From Spirogloea muscicola (taxonomy: Eukaryota), in assembly GCA_009602725.1 (NCBI GenBank), contig WELB01000012.1, positions 134,775 through 167,877 on the forward strand: a stretch of 33,103 bases of DNA, in the 5' to 3' direction. Positions within the stretch are counted from its first letter, which is position 1, and each line of letters opens with the position of its first letter. This document shows, piece by piece, positions 19,084-31,984 of the stretch. The notes beneath the pieces were generated by a model. It saw nothing but the letters and a program-made list of their open reading frames with translations. It was not told where the DNA came from and searched no databases. The position numbers and the translations under genes were made by a program.

Positions 19084-22000
19084 ATGGGGACTCCGCGTGC
19101 ACTGCAGAGGCGTTTGTCGCCGTCGCAGATCGAGCTTGCACCAGTCGTGCCCGAGATCAAGGAGGACGACCACGCTGCAAATGGCAGTGACGATCAGGTC
19201 TCCTCCTTCCAAGGCCCACGGTTGACAAAGTCAGAAGAGGAAGATGCTTTGCCGAGAGGCAAGGAGATACCGGTGTACCGCCTCGCATTCATGTCGATGG
19301 TCGCTGGCGGCATTCAGTTCGGCTGGGCGCTCCAGCTTAGCCTGCTCACTCCTTACATACAGGTGAGTACTTCGGTCCCCACCAGCTTTGGAAGCAATTC
19401 AGTCATGTGACTGCCAGCTACAATCGTCTGGCAGATATCTCCTGCGATCGGGTGTCCAAGCAGTCGTGAGAGATTCTTGTGTAGGCAGGGCATTGCAGCC
19501 TTATATAGATTGCAAGGTTTCCCGTCTGCCTCTTCTGCTGTAGGCTGTAATGCAGCTGGCTTAATAATGATGTGCAGCTGACTTGTTGGAGCCTTCACAC
19601 GTCTGCATGCAGCAACTAGGAATCTCGCATGCTTGGGCTTCGCTCATCTGGCTGTGCGGACCTATCTCTGGGCTTCTGGTAGAACCATCCTTCTTTTTTT
19701 ACATGTGGGCTAGCTGAGAGAGGTTCCTCGTCATTATGGAGAGCATGGCCCTCCATGGGCAGCCAGACATGCAAGGGCGCTTGGACAGGACTTAGGGCCA
19801 GATGTGTGCGAGCCTGATTAGTCCAATGCCTCTCAGCAGCTCATCTATATGGATTCGTCATCTTGATTCAGGTACAGCCTTATATTGGAGTTTGGAGTGA
19901 TTCCTGCAAGTTGCGCTGGGGCAGGCGGCGGCCCTTCATATTGGCTGGAGCATTACTTGTCTCTGCTGCTGTGAGTATATCAAGGCACTTAGGCTAGCTA
20001 ATCAGAGACTCCATCATGATGATGAGCTGAATTTCAGCAGATGGAGCTGTCCTGCCTTGTGTCTCAGTCAAGTGATGCTCAATGCTTGCCTTCAGGGCAG
20101 GAGCTTTGCAGGTGCAGCTGTGGTGCCTACTGCAAGGCATAGCTTCTTACGGCCGAGTGTCTGATCAACCAGGTCACTCTGATAGGTTTCTCTGCTGATC
20201 TTGGATATCTGTTAGGGGACTACAGGCACTTGAATGGCAAGTGAGTACCTGCTACTGGAAGACCTGCTCTGTAGCATGCAAGGTAGTTTGGAAGACTGTT
20301 TGCTTCAGCTTTTATTGAGAGCGTTGAGAAGGTATCTAGGCATGGTTCCAAGGTCCCGTGAAGATCATGTGCCGAGAACTTGAATTATGTCACTGTCTTG
20401 TGCGCGTTCTTCTGTGAGCCTTCCACAGAAGTAAGCCAATCGCATAGAAACAACATTCAATTGTGCTTGCCTTTGAATCCAGCTTCCCAAGGCAGCATTC
20501 ACATGCATGCAGTGTTGTGATGCAGGGTACGTCCTTATGCTTGTACAATATTCATCCTGGGCTTCTGGTTCTTGGATCTGGCTAACAATACTGTACAGGT
20601 AAGAACAGGTAGTGCTTAATGTCCTGAAGTAAAGCATGCAGGTTCCATCGATTGCTGAATTTACGTACTGGCGTAGAAATCTCAACATCCAGATGATACC
20701 AAATGTCCTGAAGTGTCTCAGCTTGTCACTTTGCAATATGACTTCTGCCGTTTCTAGAGCAGCCCGTGAAATTGCATTGTTCCTTCTGTATATTTCAGGG
20801 ACCTAGCCGTGCCTTGCTTGCAGATCTAGCAGGTGATTGCTGCTCTGTACTAGCTTGTCAACTCCTAGATCCTGAGACGTGCTAGAGTTGTGTTAGTGTC
20901 AGTTGCCAGTATCTGTGATAATGGCTCCTTATCTTAGTAATAGGCTCGGACATCCAAGTGAGCCATCAGGTTGCTACATAGCCGGGGTTGTACAAATTCG
21001 ATCTTGACGCTTCTATATTGCCAGGGTGGTACAAAGTCGATCTCCTGAAAATTCATATATCGTCTTGATGCAAGTTTTCTCGTTATTTTGACATCTCCAG
21101 GAGCCGATCAACAAGAAGCTGCAAACGCATTCTATTCTTTATGGATTTCAATTGGAAACATTCTAGGCTACTCCACGGGAACAAGTGACCAATGGTTTAG
21201 GTTGCACTATGACCATCGCCGTTTTATCACCACGTGTTATTGACGTTGTATCTTCCTTATATGAAGCAGTGAATAGGAAGTGATGAATACTCTTACTGAT
21301 GTTGTTTCCTGAATCAGGTTATTTCCATTCCTAGTGACGACAGCGTGTGGAGAAGCTTGTGCAAATTTGAAAGCTGCCTTTCTATTGTCGGTGGTAAGTA
21401 CTGGCTGTTTGTGAATGGTGTAGAGATCTTGCTATCTTGATGTGTAATTATCGCATCTACTTAGACTAAACAGTTAGGGAAAAATCTCCAGATTTCCTCT
21501 GTCTACTTAAGGAATATCCCACTAACTTACTGCGCGCTCGGAAAGTAGTCCTTGTACCTCTTTGTCTGACCTGGTTTTATGAGGTCCTCTTGCTTCAGAG
21601 GCAATAGGTCAGCACTGGCATCTGGCTCTGCTGCAAGGATGGTTTTGGAGCCTCTCATTCTGTCTCTGTTTGCTGCAGGTCTTTCTCCTTATCTGCACTA
21701 CAGTGACAATCTCAGTAGCACGTGAGGCCCCCTACACATCACAAGGTGGAACTGAAAGGCCTGCCCTTGGCATGGAAGTTTCGCCACTTCTTCGACAGGA
21801 GAAGCAGAAGGCTGCTGAGGAAGGCCGTCACGGGCATGAGGTTGGGCACCATGTGGACATTGGAGAGACCCGGACCACTGACCTAAGCAAAACAGACTAT
21901 CCAGGGAGTGCGGTCGATCAAGATAGTCTCCCAGGGGACAGTGGCCCCGAAGCTGTGATGGCTAATCTGTTGATTGGTCTTAGAAGCTTGCCGAGGAGTA

Positions 22001-23689
22001 TGATCAGCATACTTGCTGTTATGGCCTTATCTTGGGTGAGCACTAATAGCTGATATATGAGCTTTGCAACATTTACCTCATAAGAGTAGAATTGCAATGA
22101 CTCTGCAAGTGAGACCTTGAGCTGATGGACTAATCTGCTGTTGCTGAATTAAAGAGCAGATGGCGTGGTTCCCATTCCTTCTTTTTGACACTGATTGGAT
22201 GGGGAGGGAAGTTTATCAAGGAAGGCCAGACGGCACCAAGAATATTGCAGCTCTGTATCAGAGTGGTGTTCGAGAGGGAGCTCTTGGGCTTCTCCTCAAC
22301 TCTGTGAGCAATTTGAGCAGATATATGACAATTTGACAACAGCCTCTCAATGCTCTTCATGCTTTGAATGCTTGAGCACGCTCAAAGATGTTCTTGATGG
22401 AAGGATTTTGTAAAGTATCAGCAATTTTGTCAAAATAGAGCATTATCTGATCACCATGAGCAGGAAGGTATCCTAGTATCTGGAGCATGCTTAATTTGTA
22501 TAAGTGACACACTGTTTGATGTACACAGGTAGTCCAAGCAGTGGTTTCGACATGCATAGACCCTCTCTGTAGAGTTTTTGGCGCAAGGAGGGTCTGGGCT
22601 GGAGGAAATTTCATAATATTCTCTTGTATGGCGGCCACTGCCATTGTCACTGCCGCAGCAGTTTCTGTCAAGACAGTGGGGACTGAACATGTTGTGTCCC
22701 ATCCGTACTGGGTGAAGATTGTTGCTCTTGTAATTTTTGCTGTACTTGGTGCGCCTCTTGCGGTGAGTCATTCTTTGAGCAAGTCGTTGTGGCACTGCAA
22801 GTGCACTTTGCAAGCTTTAGTGTCAGCTCTGGTGGGCATTTACAGGTGCTAGGGAGTATCTGATAACAGGATGGGCTCTTACAGCTACCCTGGAGAGGGA
22901 CAGTGCTTGGCACATGCTGGTATAGAACCCCTGTCTGCTAACTGTCACGTTCGTCAATGCCTCATGCCAGATCACACTCAGTGTGCCCTACTCTCTTACT
23001 GCGAGCCTGACAGCTCTCAGTGGCGGTGGGCAAGGTATGTGTTATCATCACTAGTCAAGTACTGGAGTTTACATTGTGCTGTACAGTGTCATGCCTGAAG
23101 TGCTTGCCTCCACGAGACACAGATAAGCAGTGCATGATGCCGCTGAGTAGCTTCGCGCCCTGTCCAGGTATTTGCACATTCACTGTTTACTGCATTTGCT
23201 CCTGCAGGGCTGTCCATGGGGATCCTCAATCTCGCGATTGTTATTCCTCAGGTCTCATATAGTGTCCATGTGTATGCGGACGTGTATGCCAATGATGCAG
23301 CATTGCCCTCTTAGAAAATGTCTGTGTTATGAGCACTTATGCCAGCCTATTCCCTCTTGAAAACAAGTCTTATGCAGCCTGTATGGCAAAAGGTGACCCT
23401 AGCAGATTGCTAGCGATCAATAGGCAGCTTAGACTGTCCTTAGTCGTCGCAGCTCATTGCATCTTCTCTACATCTGCGCCAGTGCAATTAAGATTCGGCT
23501 GCTCTGTGCCAGATCATTATTTCGATTGGTGCAAGTCCATGGGACGAGCTTTTTGGCGGAGGCAATCAGCCATCATTTGTTGCTGCTGCTGTTTTCGCTC
23601 TTACAGCAACCATTGTTGCTGTGTTGAGCTTGCCAGACACTCCCAAAAATTATAGGCCTCCTCCAACTGGGGTGCATGGCCTCCACTGA
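19084..23689 (+). CDS. SUT2: Sucrose/H+ symporter, SUT2/SUC3 (type II)-like, 14 exons: 19084-19362, 19613-19678, 19872-19970, 20173-20240, 20526-20598, 20799-20832, 21101-21200, 21318-21393, 21679-22035, 22160-22303, 22529-22762, 22971-23034, 23208-23251, 23513-23689 (~604 aa)
   Basis: [26 protein letters not shown]...[99 protein letters not shown]. Long N-terminus and long central loop. Exon lengths sum to 1815 nt in frame. Confidence 0.95.
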
Positions 23690-24339
23690 CACAGGCAGAC
23701 TGTGTCCATTCTTTCTGCAAATTTGTGTGGCTCTTCTCATACATGGGGCGACCTTAGTGGTTGGTCCGGGTGTCGGACAAAGTACGCTTCACTAGCAATC
23801 AGAGGCGAAGGCGCTTTGGCACTCGGTAAGCTGTAAGTTGGTAACAGTGCCCACAAGATGCGTAAAGCAGACTATGTACCTAAACGGCTTTCCTGGAGTC
23901 AGGTGTGGCGCCCATGTCTCCTCGGGGGGGCAGGGGCATGGCAACGCTACAAGACGGGCACTCTACAGGCAAGTCAGTCAAGCTGTTCAATGCTATGGAC
24001 AGCCTGGCGATAGCTGCCAAAGTGACAGATGCAGGACCCAAATGAAAGTTTCAGAACTGATGGAACCCTGCAGTTAGCATGAAGGCGCCCAACTAATCAA
24101 TGACCTCACCGATCTCAAGGTCAACAATACCACTTATTGCTGCTACTTTGAGGTAGGAGGTGTAGCTGAAAGTCTTGGACAGGAATTTTTAGGATACGGC
24201 TTCTACTCTGCTTGTGTGCCATTAGCTTGTGGCAGGCAGTGTAGTTACCTGAAGGCTCCAGTCGCAGGTGTAATGTTCTTTAGGAACTATGTGCGAGCCC
24301 TGCCAGAGACTGACAACTACGCCAGCTCCAAAGGTGTTG

Positions 24340-26002
24340 TCAGTGGCTACCGTCGTAGGAGCTAGAAACTCTTGAGGCCAATGACTGGGCCTGTGTCGCC
24401 GGCATTAGCAGGGGCCGCTGCTCACCCCAACCCGGCGTGGTCACACATCTGCAGAAGGTAACTGGCTCTTACCCTCACCACTGGCCACCTTGAAGCGGTG
24501 CTGCTCCACAGTGTAGTGGAACCAGCTGGATGCAAGCGCAGTCACCCCCTCTTGGAGCTTGGCCATCGCCGAAATGCTGCCATGAGCCTCATCGCCCAGG
24601 GCTAGCATGATGGTCGCATCCTTCAGCTCCTTGTAGGCCGCCTCCACGCTGCGCATGCACCCAGTAGCCACGGTCTGCTTGCAAGATCAGGGCTAGTAGG
24701 GAAGCAAGAGGTGCAGGACTCTCAAGAAGGACCGCTTCTGCTTGGTGTGAGTTATCTTGTTGTGCAGGCCAGAGAAAGCATTCTGCTGCCATGCATGCCG
24801 TGCATGACAGCATGCTTGCAAGGTGCTGGTGGCCAAGTAGAAGCCTGCAAAGGTCAGAGCGACCCTGAGGCTAAAGGGGGACAATGATCACGCCAGCAGC
24901 TCATCATGTCGACAGCATGTTGCCAAAAGCTGGGGCCCCTTACTGGCTCTTGTGGCTCTCCAAGCGGCCGAGGGTGGCGTCCTGCACTCTCTGCAGCCGC
25001 AACCTGACCTGTAACAGCCGCTCCCTGGCCTCATCCGAGACTTGCCTCGCCTCCCGGGCTCTGCACCCGAGTGAATGGCAGATTCAGCCAACCTTTGGTG
25101 CGGTCGTGACATTTGACCTTGGGTGTCCGTATCAGGTGCAAGCATGCTGGAGTTCGCCCACTGTGACAGAGGCAGAGGGCAAATGATCTGCAACATCACA
25201 TGCGGATCAAGGGGGCCGCCAAAGTGCTGTGGCGAAGCGGGCCTGCAGCGCACCTGTCCTCAGCAGCCTGAGCGGCCTCCTGCAGGTTGCGGGCGGCCTT
25301 CCTGGCTATCCTGACGGCCTCCTCGGCGCGCTTGAGCGCCAGCTCCGCCTGAGTCGCCCTGGCCCGCGCCTCGACCAAGCGGTGGTCCTCCGCCCCGCTG
25401 CGCTGCACGCACGCCTCCAGCTCCTGCTCCAGCTCTGCCAGCACCGACCCGTGCTTGCTTAGGAGCTCCTCCATGGCAGCCTTGACCCTCTGGTCCAGCT
25501 GCCCCGGCCGGCTCACAAGCGTGTCCGGGAGCACCAGAACCTCGTCAACGCCCGGAGGGAAGCCCGCCACCTGGCCGCCGGCTGGGCCGGGAATGGCCAC
25601 CGTCACCTGCCCCGACACCGCCGCCGCCTTGTCGCCGGACCTGCCGCCGCCGCCGTCCTCCTCCGCTCCTGCGTTCGGCGCGCCCTTCCGGGTCTCCAGC
25701 TTGGGGCGCTTGGCTGCAGGCCCGTCTGCGTCTGCGGACGGGAGGACCTCCTTCGCCGCGTCGCACTTGTCCGAGCTGCCGTTGGCCTGCTCCGGGCCAG
25801 GGTCGCGCGGCGGTGCGGGCTCTGGGTCCACTGGTCGTGGCGCGGCATCGGGCTGCGCGCCAGCATTGTCAGCAGCAGGAGCAGGAGCAGGGTCCGTCGA
25901 GGCAGCTGCTGCGGAGGAGGCGGCGGCCGCGGCGGCGGCGGCCGCGGCGGCGGCGGCCTCCTCGCCCTCCTTCTTGGCTCTGGTCCCCCTGGTCTCCCTC
26001 AT
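24340..26002 (-). CDS. Uncharacterised protein: disordered Ala/Pro-rich N-terminus, NLS-like PAAKRPKL, long predicted coiled coil; exons 26002-25254, 25060-24944, later exons uncertain
   Basis: Long GC-rich ORF from gccATG at 26002 with heptad-like LAELEQELEACVQR...ALKRAEEAVRIARKAARNLQEAAQ. In-phase exon 2 (AREARQVSDEARERLLQVRLRLQRV). Further coding-like frame at 24441-24676. Family not recognised; 3' end approximate. Confidence 0.6.
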
Positions 26003-26138
26003 GGCAGCCGGCGGCGCCCAGCTGTGGGCAAGACGAGGACCCGCGTGTCGTCGGATCCTGGACGGAAGCCGAGCCCCGCGGCGGCCCCTCACTCGGCGCT
26101 GCGGAGCCCGCCGGCCGCGCGGTGTGGGCCGCCGCCGG

Positions 26139-26624
26139 NNNNNNNNNNNNNNNNNNNNNNNNNNNNNNNNNNNNNNNNNNNNNNNNNNNNNNNNNNNNNN
26201 NNNNNNNNNNNNNNNNNNNNNNNNNNNNNNNNNNNNNNNNNNNNNNNNNNNNNNNNNNNNNNNNNNNNNNNNNNNNNNNNNNNNNNNNNNNNNNNNNNNN
26301 NNNNNNNNNNNNNNNNNNNNNNNNNNNNNNNNNNNNNNNNNNNNNNNNNNNNNNNNNNNNNNNNNNNNNNNNNNNNNNNNNNNNNNNNNNNNNNNNNNNN
26401 NNNNNNNNNNNNNNNNNNNNNNNNNNNNNNNNNNNNNNNNNNNNNNNNNNNNNNNNNNNNNNNNNNNNNNNNNNNNNNNNNNNNNNNNNNNNNNNNNNNN
26501 NNNNNNNNNNNNNNNNNNNNNNNNNNNNNNNNNNNNNNNNNNNNNNNNNNNNNNNNNNNNNNNNNNNNNNNNNNNNNNNNNNNNNNNNNNNNNNNNNNNN
26601 NNNNNNNNNNNNNNNNNNNNNNNN
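26139..26624. other. Assembly gap (N run) in the divergent promoter between the coiled-coil gene and TSL
   Basis: Run of N between very GC-rich flanks. Confidence 0.99.
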
Positions 26625-26801
26625 CGGCGGCCGAGGCGGCCAAAGCGGCGGCGGCAGCGGCGACGTCACGGCCGCCTTCGCGCGGCGTCGCGGCGGGGCC
26701 GCCTCTGCGAGCGGGCCCGCTCTGCTGAGGAGCCCTCGGAACTCGCAGCAGGCCCCTGCTGCTCCGCCGACGCCCTAGCGAGCCCCTCCTGCGCGGCGGT
26801 C

Positions 26802-29800
26802 ATGGCGGACGACAGCGGCGGGCTGCTGGTGCAGCTGGCCGCCAACAGCAACAGCGCCCACTCGCTGCCGCAGAAGCTGGCCAAGCTGGAGGCGCGCATG
26901 GCGGGGATCTCCCAGGCCGGCGCCGGGCCGCTCCACGCGCCGGTCGCCCGGGCCAAGCAGGGCAAGCTCTCCGACGCCGAAGAGGCCTCGTCTGCGTCAT
27001 CCGAGGCCGACAAGGACGAGGTGCGCAAGCCGAGAGCACGGCAACCAGTACTTTAGCCTCTGCTCGGTCTCCACTCGTAGTAATCGTAGAAAGTGGAAGG
27101 CTTCTGCTAGCTGATCTGCCTGCCTCTGAATATGCCGTGAGCTGATGTATGCACGGCGACACATGGTTACTGACGGGATGGTTTGGCCTTCTGTCGGCAT
27201 GCGTGCCTTGTGGTATCAGATTGAATTTGCTGTTCAGCTGAATGGCAGGAAGCGGAAAAGGTCCACGCAGAGCTCCACAGGCCACGAGGAGGTACTTGAC
27301 GACGCTCCAATCCTCGTTTCAGTTGGGGTGCACTTTGTTCACGGCTTCCACTGCTTTCATCTCGGCCGCTTGCTCTTAAGAGGCTCAGCCTGTGATCATG
27401 TGCTGCCAGTGCAGTATTGCAGCTGTTAATGTTCTAATAGTTGTAGGGTGGGCAATGGCCTTTCACATTGTACGTCAAAAGCGGCCTGGAAGCCTGCGGG
27501 TGCAGCCGACATCTGATGCAGTGTACGCAAGCATGCAGGCCTTACATCCTGCAACTATGAGCTCCATGGGCGTTGTTCATAACTCGGGAAGGCAACAGCA
27601 CCAAGATGCAGTCCTCCCTGTAGCGCAAGAGTTGACAACCACAAGCTTCACGAATGGGAGTCTAACAGTAAGTACATCATGTCATTTGTCCATCATTGAG
27701 TAGCGTTACATTTCTCAACGTTTGCATGCCTCTGTCCCTGTATCGGCACACGATCACAACCTTGCATCTTGCCTGACTGTGTCAGGCTCAGTATGCTCTG
27801 CTGAAGGTGACCCTCGAGGAGACAAGAGAAGCTATGAAGGTCAGCTACAACTGCTGCTCAAGAAGAACCTGGTGTCTGGTACAATATCTGCATGTGTAAG
27901 GTTGTGCTACCACAAAATGGCAGGCCAAATGTCAGGATTTGCGAGTTGCTAAGGTGGTGGACACTTTGCAATTGACCAGGTGGAGCTGGAGAAAGTCAGC
28001 ATGCAGGCCAGGGGTTTGGAAGCAGTTGTGCAGAAGTTGCAGCAAGAAGCTGCTGCTTACACAGCGACAATTGAGAAACTCCAGAATGTGAGTCATGCTT
28101 TCTTATGTAGGGCCTGAAAGGGCGACATCAGTGGCTGAAGGAGAGGTCGACATTTTACTCAGGCGCATGAGGAGGGTGTGTTTCTCTTGTAATATCAGCG
28201 GCCATAATAAAAATTTTTAATAGCATGCCACACTTGCCTGCACTATTGATGATTGCTCATACCCTCCCATCGCGCAGGAACAGAAGGAGCTCAAGCAGCT
28301 TGAGCTCATCCGTGAGCAGAAGGTTGGCCACAAACATCTTAGGTGGTCCATATTGCAGGCTTCTCTTAGGCTTCTCTGCATGTGCAAGCACATTGCCTTT
28401 GTTGAGTAGATGATTCTGAGGGCAGGGGTTACTGTCCTGTTTAATAGCCTCTGAAATCAAGAAGATCTCTTGATACCATGTTCGAGCCATAGCCTCTAAG
28501 CCTGCCACATATATCCTACCGTCGCAGTTCTGGATGCAAGAGTTGCTGAAAATGGCCTGTGTTTTGTGACAGAGGTTAAGTGTCCTGTCGGAGTTGCTCA
28601 TTGCTGTAGCCAGCGCAGAGAGGCAGGAGGCTAAGACTCGCCTTCAAGCAGACGCCCTCCGGCTGGGCACCATAGGCATCAGGAGGTCTGTGACTCTATA
28701 CCTTCAGTCTTAAGTTTGTCAAACACGGTTTCCACGTGGGTCCCTAAAGGATGTGGAAGCTTTCTGGTCGTTGGACAGGGCTGGGACAGTTATTTCGGAG
28801 GTATGGGAGGACGGCCAGGCTCTGAGTGACATACAGGCTCGATTGGTAAGAGCACGGCTCAGAGACTTGCATGCAGTATGCTAAATAGCTTATGCAGCGT
28901 GTTGGCTGCAAACGATCGCGACAATGGATTTCCCTGTCCGGCCTTTATAAGCTCATCAATCTATCTCAATCTTGGCAGAGAACTGTACTGGAGCAGAAGG
29001 ACGCTCTTGATCGGCGACGAAAGCTACTAAAGAAAAAGCTGACTCAGGGTGAGCTGCATAGAGTCAAAGGGCATGGAGCAGTTGTTGGAGGCTTTTGGGC
29101 GCTGCCATGCGTCCCCTTCCCACCGGACTTGTTGGGAACTAGCATGACACCTGACTGTTCACATTTGCCTGGCTTGTAGAGACTGCGGACGCAGAGGCTG
29201 CTGAGGAGGCGCATGCGCTGGCTGAGGAGACCTTTAAGGCCCGCATGCTCTCCCTTAAGCGGGTGAGCAAGACTTAGCTAGCCTTCTAGATTCTAGACAG
29301 AGAGACATTGAGTGTCTCGGCTTGGTCAACGTGGTGTCGAGGGACTCTGCATGGGCAACAATAGTACTCAAGCGGGAATCGGCTGCTAGCAGTGCTTAAG
29401 ACTGTCAACTGCCTTGACAGGAGGAAGAGTTGGCCATGAGGGACAGGGAGAGATATGAGGCTGACAAGCAATGCCACATACGAGAGGCAAAGCGGGTCCG
29501 TGATGAAGAGTCCTCACGTTACAGTCATTTTGGAATCCTCCACAAGCGATATGCACTGCTCAATCTTCTTGGCAAGGGCGGCTTTTCTGAAGTCTTCAAG
29601 GTACTTCACAACGGTGGAAAAGCTTGTGTTATGTGCAGGCATCAGAATCTGTGTCAGCCCATCCAATGAATGGGGCATATGTGAGCCTTGTTGCAAGTGC
29701 TGGAGCTATCTGATTGTCATGGCTTTTAAACATGCAGGCCTTCGATCTTGTGGAATACAAGTTTGTTGCCTGCAAGCTTCACCAGCTAAATCAAGTAAGT

Positions 29801-31536
29801 CAAGCGCTCAGGGTGAGACTTGCATGCATCAAATTGGACAAAGATTCTGCGGGTCCTTAAGAAGGACTTAGGTCAATGCTGGGAGGCTTGATGCTTGCTG
29901 GTCGGTCGTTCAACTTGTGTTTGCATGACATTATCATAACAGTATTTTTGAGCACGCTGTATATCCAGTCCTGGAGCGAGGAAAAAAAGCAGAGCTACGT
30001 GAGGCATGCCATCCGCGAGTACAACATCCACAAGCAGCTGAGCCATCCTCACATTGTCCGCCTCCTTGACATCTTCGAGATCGACAACGATACCTTCTGC
30101 ACTGTTCTTGAATACTGCAGTGGTGAGCTGCAATGGTTGGCCTGGATCGTTTCATTGATTTTCTGTCACTAATTATGTCAAGCTCGTATTGTGAGCCTGT
30201 ACATCTGGACAACTCTTGGCAGTGGACTGGTGTGACGGATATACATGGATTGTGTGTACAGCATCCATCAATTGTGGGCCATGACTCGTGATGCGCGGTC
30301 TGCTAGGGCAGAGACTTACGACTTTGTGGTACTTAGAAGGCCTGTGGTGCTCATTGCAATGTACAAGCTCCCTGGCTGTTACTGCAGGCAAAGATCTGGA
30401 TGTGTTGCTGAAGTCCACATTACTCCTATCTGAGAGGGAAGCAAGGAACATTATTATTCAGATTTTTCAGGGCCTTCATTACCTGAACAGTCCTCCCAAC
30501 AGAGTCATCCATTATGACCTGAAGCCAGGGAACATATTGTTCGATTCTGCTGGTGAGGTCAAGATCACTGACTTTGGCCTCAGCAAGATCGTTGAGGCAG
30601 AGGGCTCTTTGCAAGGGATCGAGCTGACCTCTCAGGGGGCAGGAACCTACTGGTAAGTACCTCTTGCTCGCTTGCCCTCCATCTTTCAAGACCATTTCAA
30701 GTCTGGCTTGGGCAATGCTGATCATTCTGTGCCAATCCTCTGCACTGACCTGACAATCATCTCATCGTGTTGGTGCTTACTGACTGGCACAGGTACCTAC
30801 CTCCTGAGTGCTTCAGTGTTGAAAACACCCCCATAATTTCCTCAAAGGTGGTCGCTGATAGTTATATCACTCTGCATGCAGATTGCCATGGATTGCAATG
30901 CAGTGGCTTGTGCAATGTATTGAAATTGCTGGCTTTACGCAGGATCTTCGGCACTTGGTCCAAGACTGCTGAGTACAAGCTATTAACGATAGCAAGGCCT
31001 TCCTAGTAATGTGATTATGTGTGTGGCTGCAGGTGGATGTGTGGTCGGCAGGTATTATATTGTATCAGATGCTCTTCGGCAGGCGGCCGTTTGGCCATGA
31101 GCAAAGTCAGGAGAGAATCTTGAGGGAGGAAACCATCCTGAATGCCCGGAGGGTGGAGTTCCCTGCCAGGCCGGTAGTTTCTGCTGAGGCCAAGGCAGGC
31201 ACCTGGAAGCCTTACACACCTTCGCATGTTTGTCCAATCAACTCGTGCTGTAGTATCTGGCACCCAGAGAAAATACTAATTGACTCCTATAATTCCCAAT
31301 CTCTCAGCTGGAGCTTACTTTTTGTTTCACCTGACAACCATCAGGAGAGCTCTTCGTCTAGGCACAACTCTCTCAGCACAGACTTTTTGTGATATGACTG
31401 GTCGTGATGCTTATGTCGATTTTCTCTGCTCCACCAGGACTTCATGAAGCGGTGCTTCACCTACCATCAAAAGGACAGGCCGGACGTCTTGACGGTGATG
31501 CAAGATCCTTATCTTTCATATATTAAGAAGAAATAA
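26802..31536 (+). CDS. TSL: Tousled-like Ser/Thr kinase, ~17 exons (e.g. 26802-27020, 27220-27291, 29421-29600, 30388-30652, 31033-31194, 31438-31536)
   Basis: N-terminal [27 protein letters not shown], coiled coils, [75 protein letters not shown]. These are TLK signatures. Confidence 0.96.
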
Positions 31537-31984
31537 TTGGGCCGATCGCTGAAGCTTCTGCTGCCATTGGGCCCTGCCTGGTAACGGCCTATTGCCGAAA
31601 ACTGTAAGGATTGTTGCATAAGCAGGACGACAGATGTGACCTGTGTGGACAATCCTGTCCTGTGGGGCTTTATGCTAGAAGAAGCCCACGTCATAACATT
31701 CATCAGAGGCAGGTCTGGTACAGCCTCATCCTTCTTACAGCATTGACAGCCACAAGTTGTCCTGTCTGACTGCTCGTAATTTTTGCAATACAGCAGCATT
31801 ATGCAGCCAAATCATACCTCAAACAGCAAATACTGTCTGCTTGTGTCTGCATGTCATGTGTTGAAGAAGGATAAAAGTGCAAAGGCGCGGCCTCAGTAGT
31901 AGGCGCCCTCGCCGTCTGGTCCAAGGATCTGGCTTCTTTGTCACGACTGCATTGAACTGGCACACAAGAATGGGCGATGAGCAT

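Noticed and set aside
25455..27056. 533-aa ORF and other ORFs spanning N runs (also 12018-13005)
   Set aside because: They are inflated by N gaps and by antisense reading of GC-rich exons.
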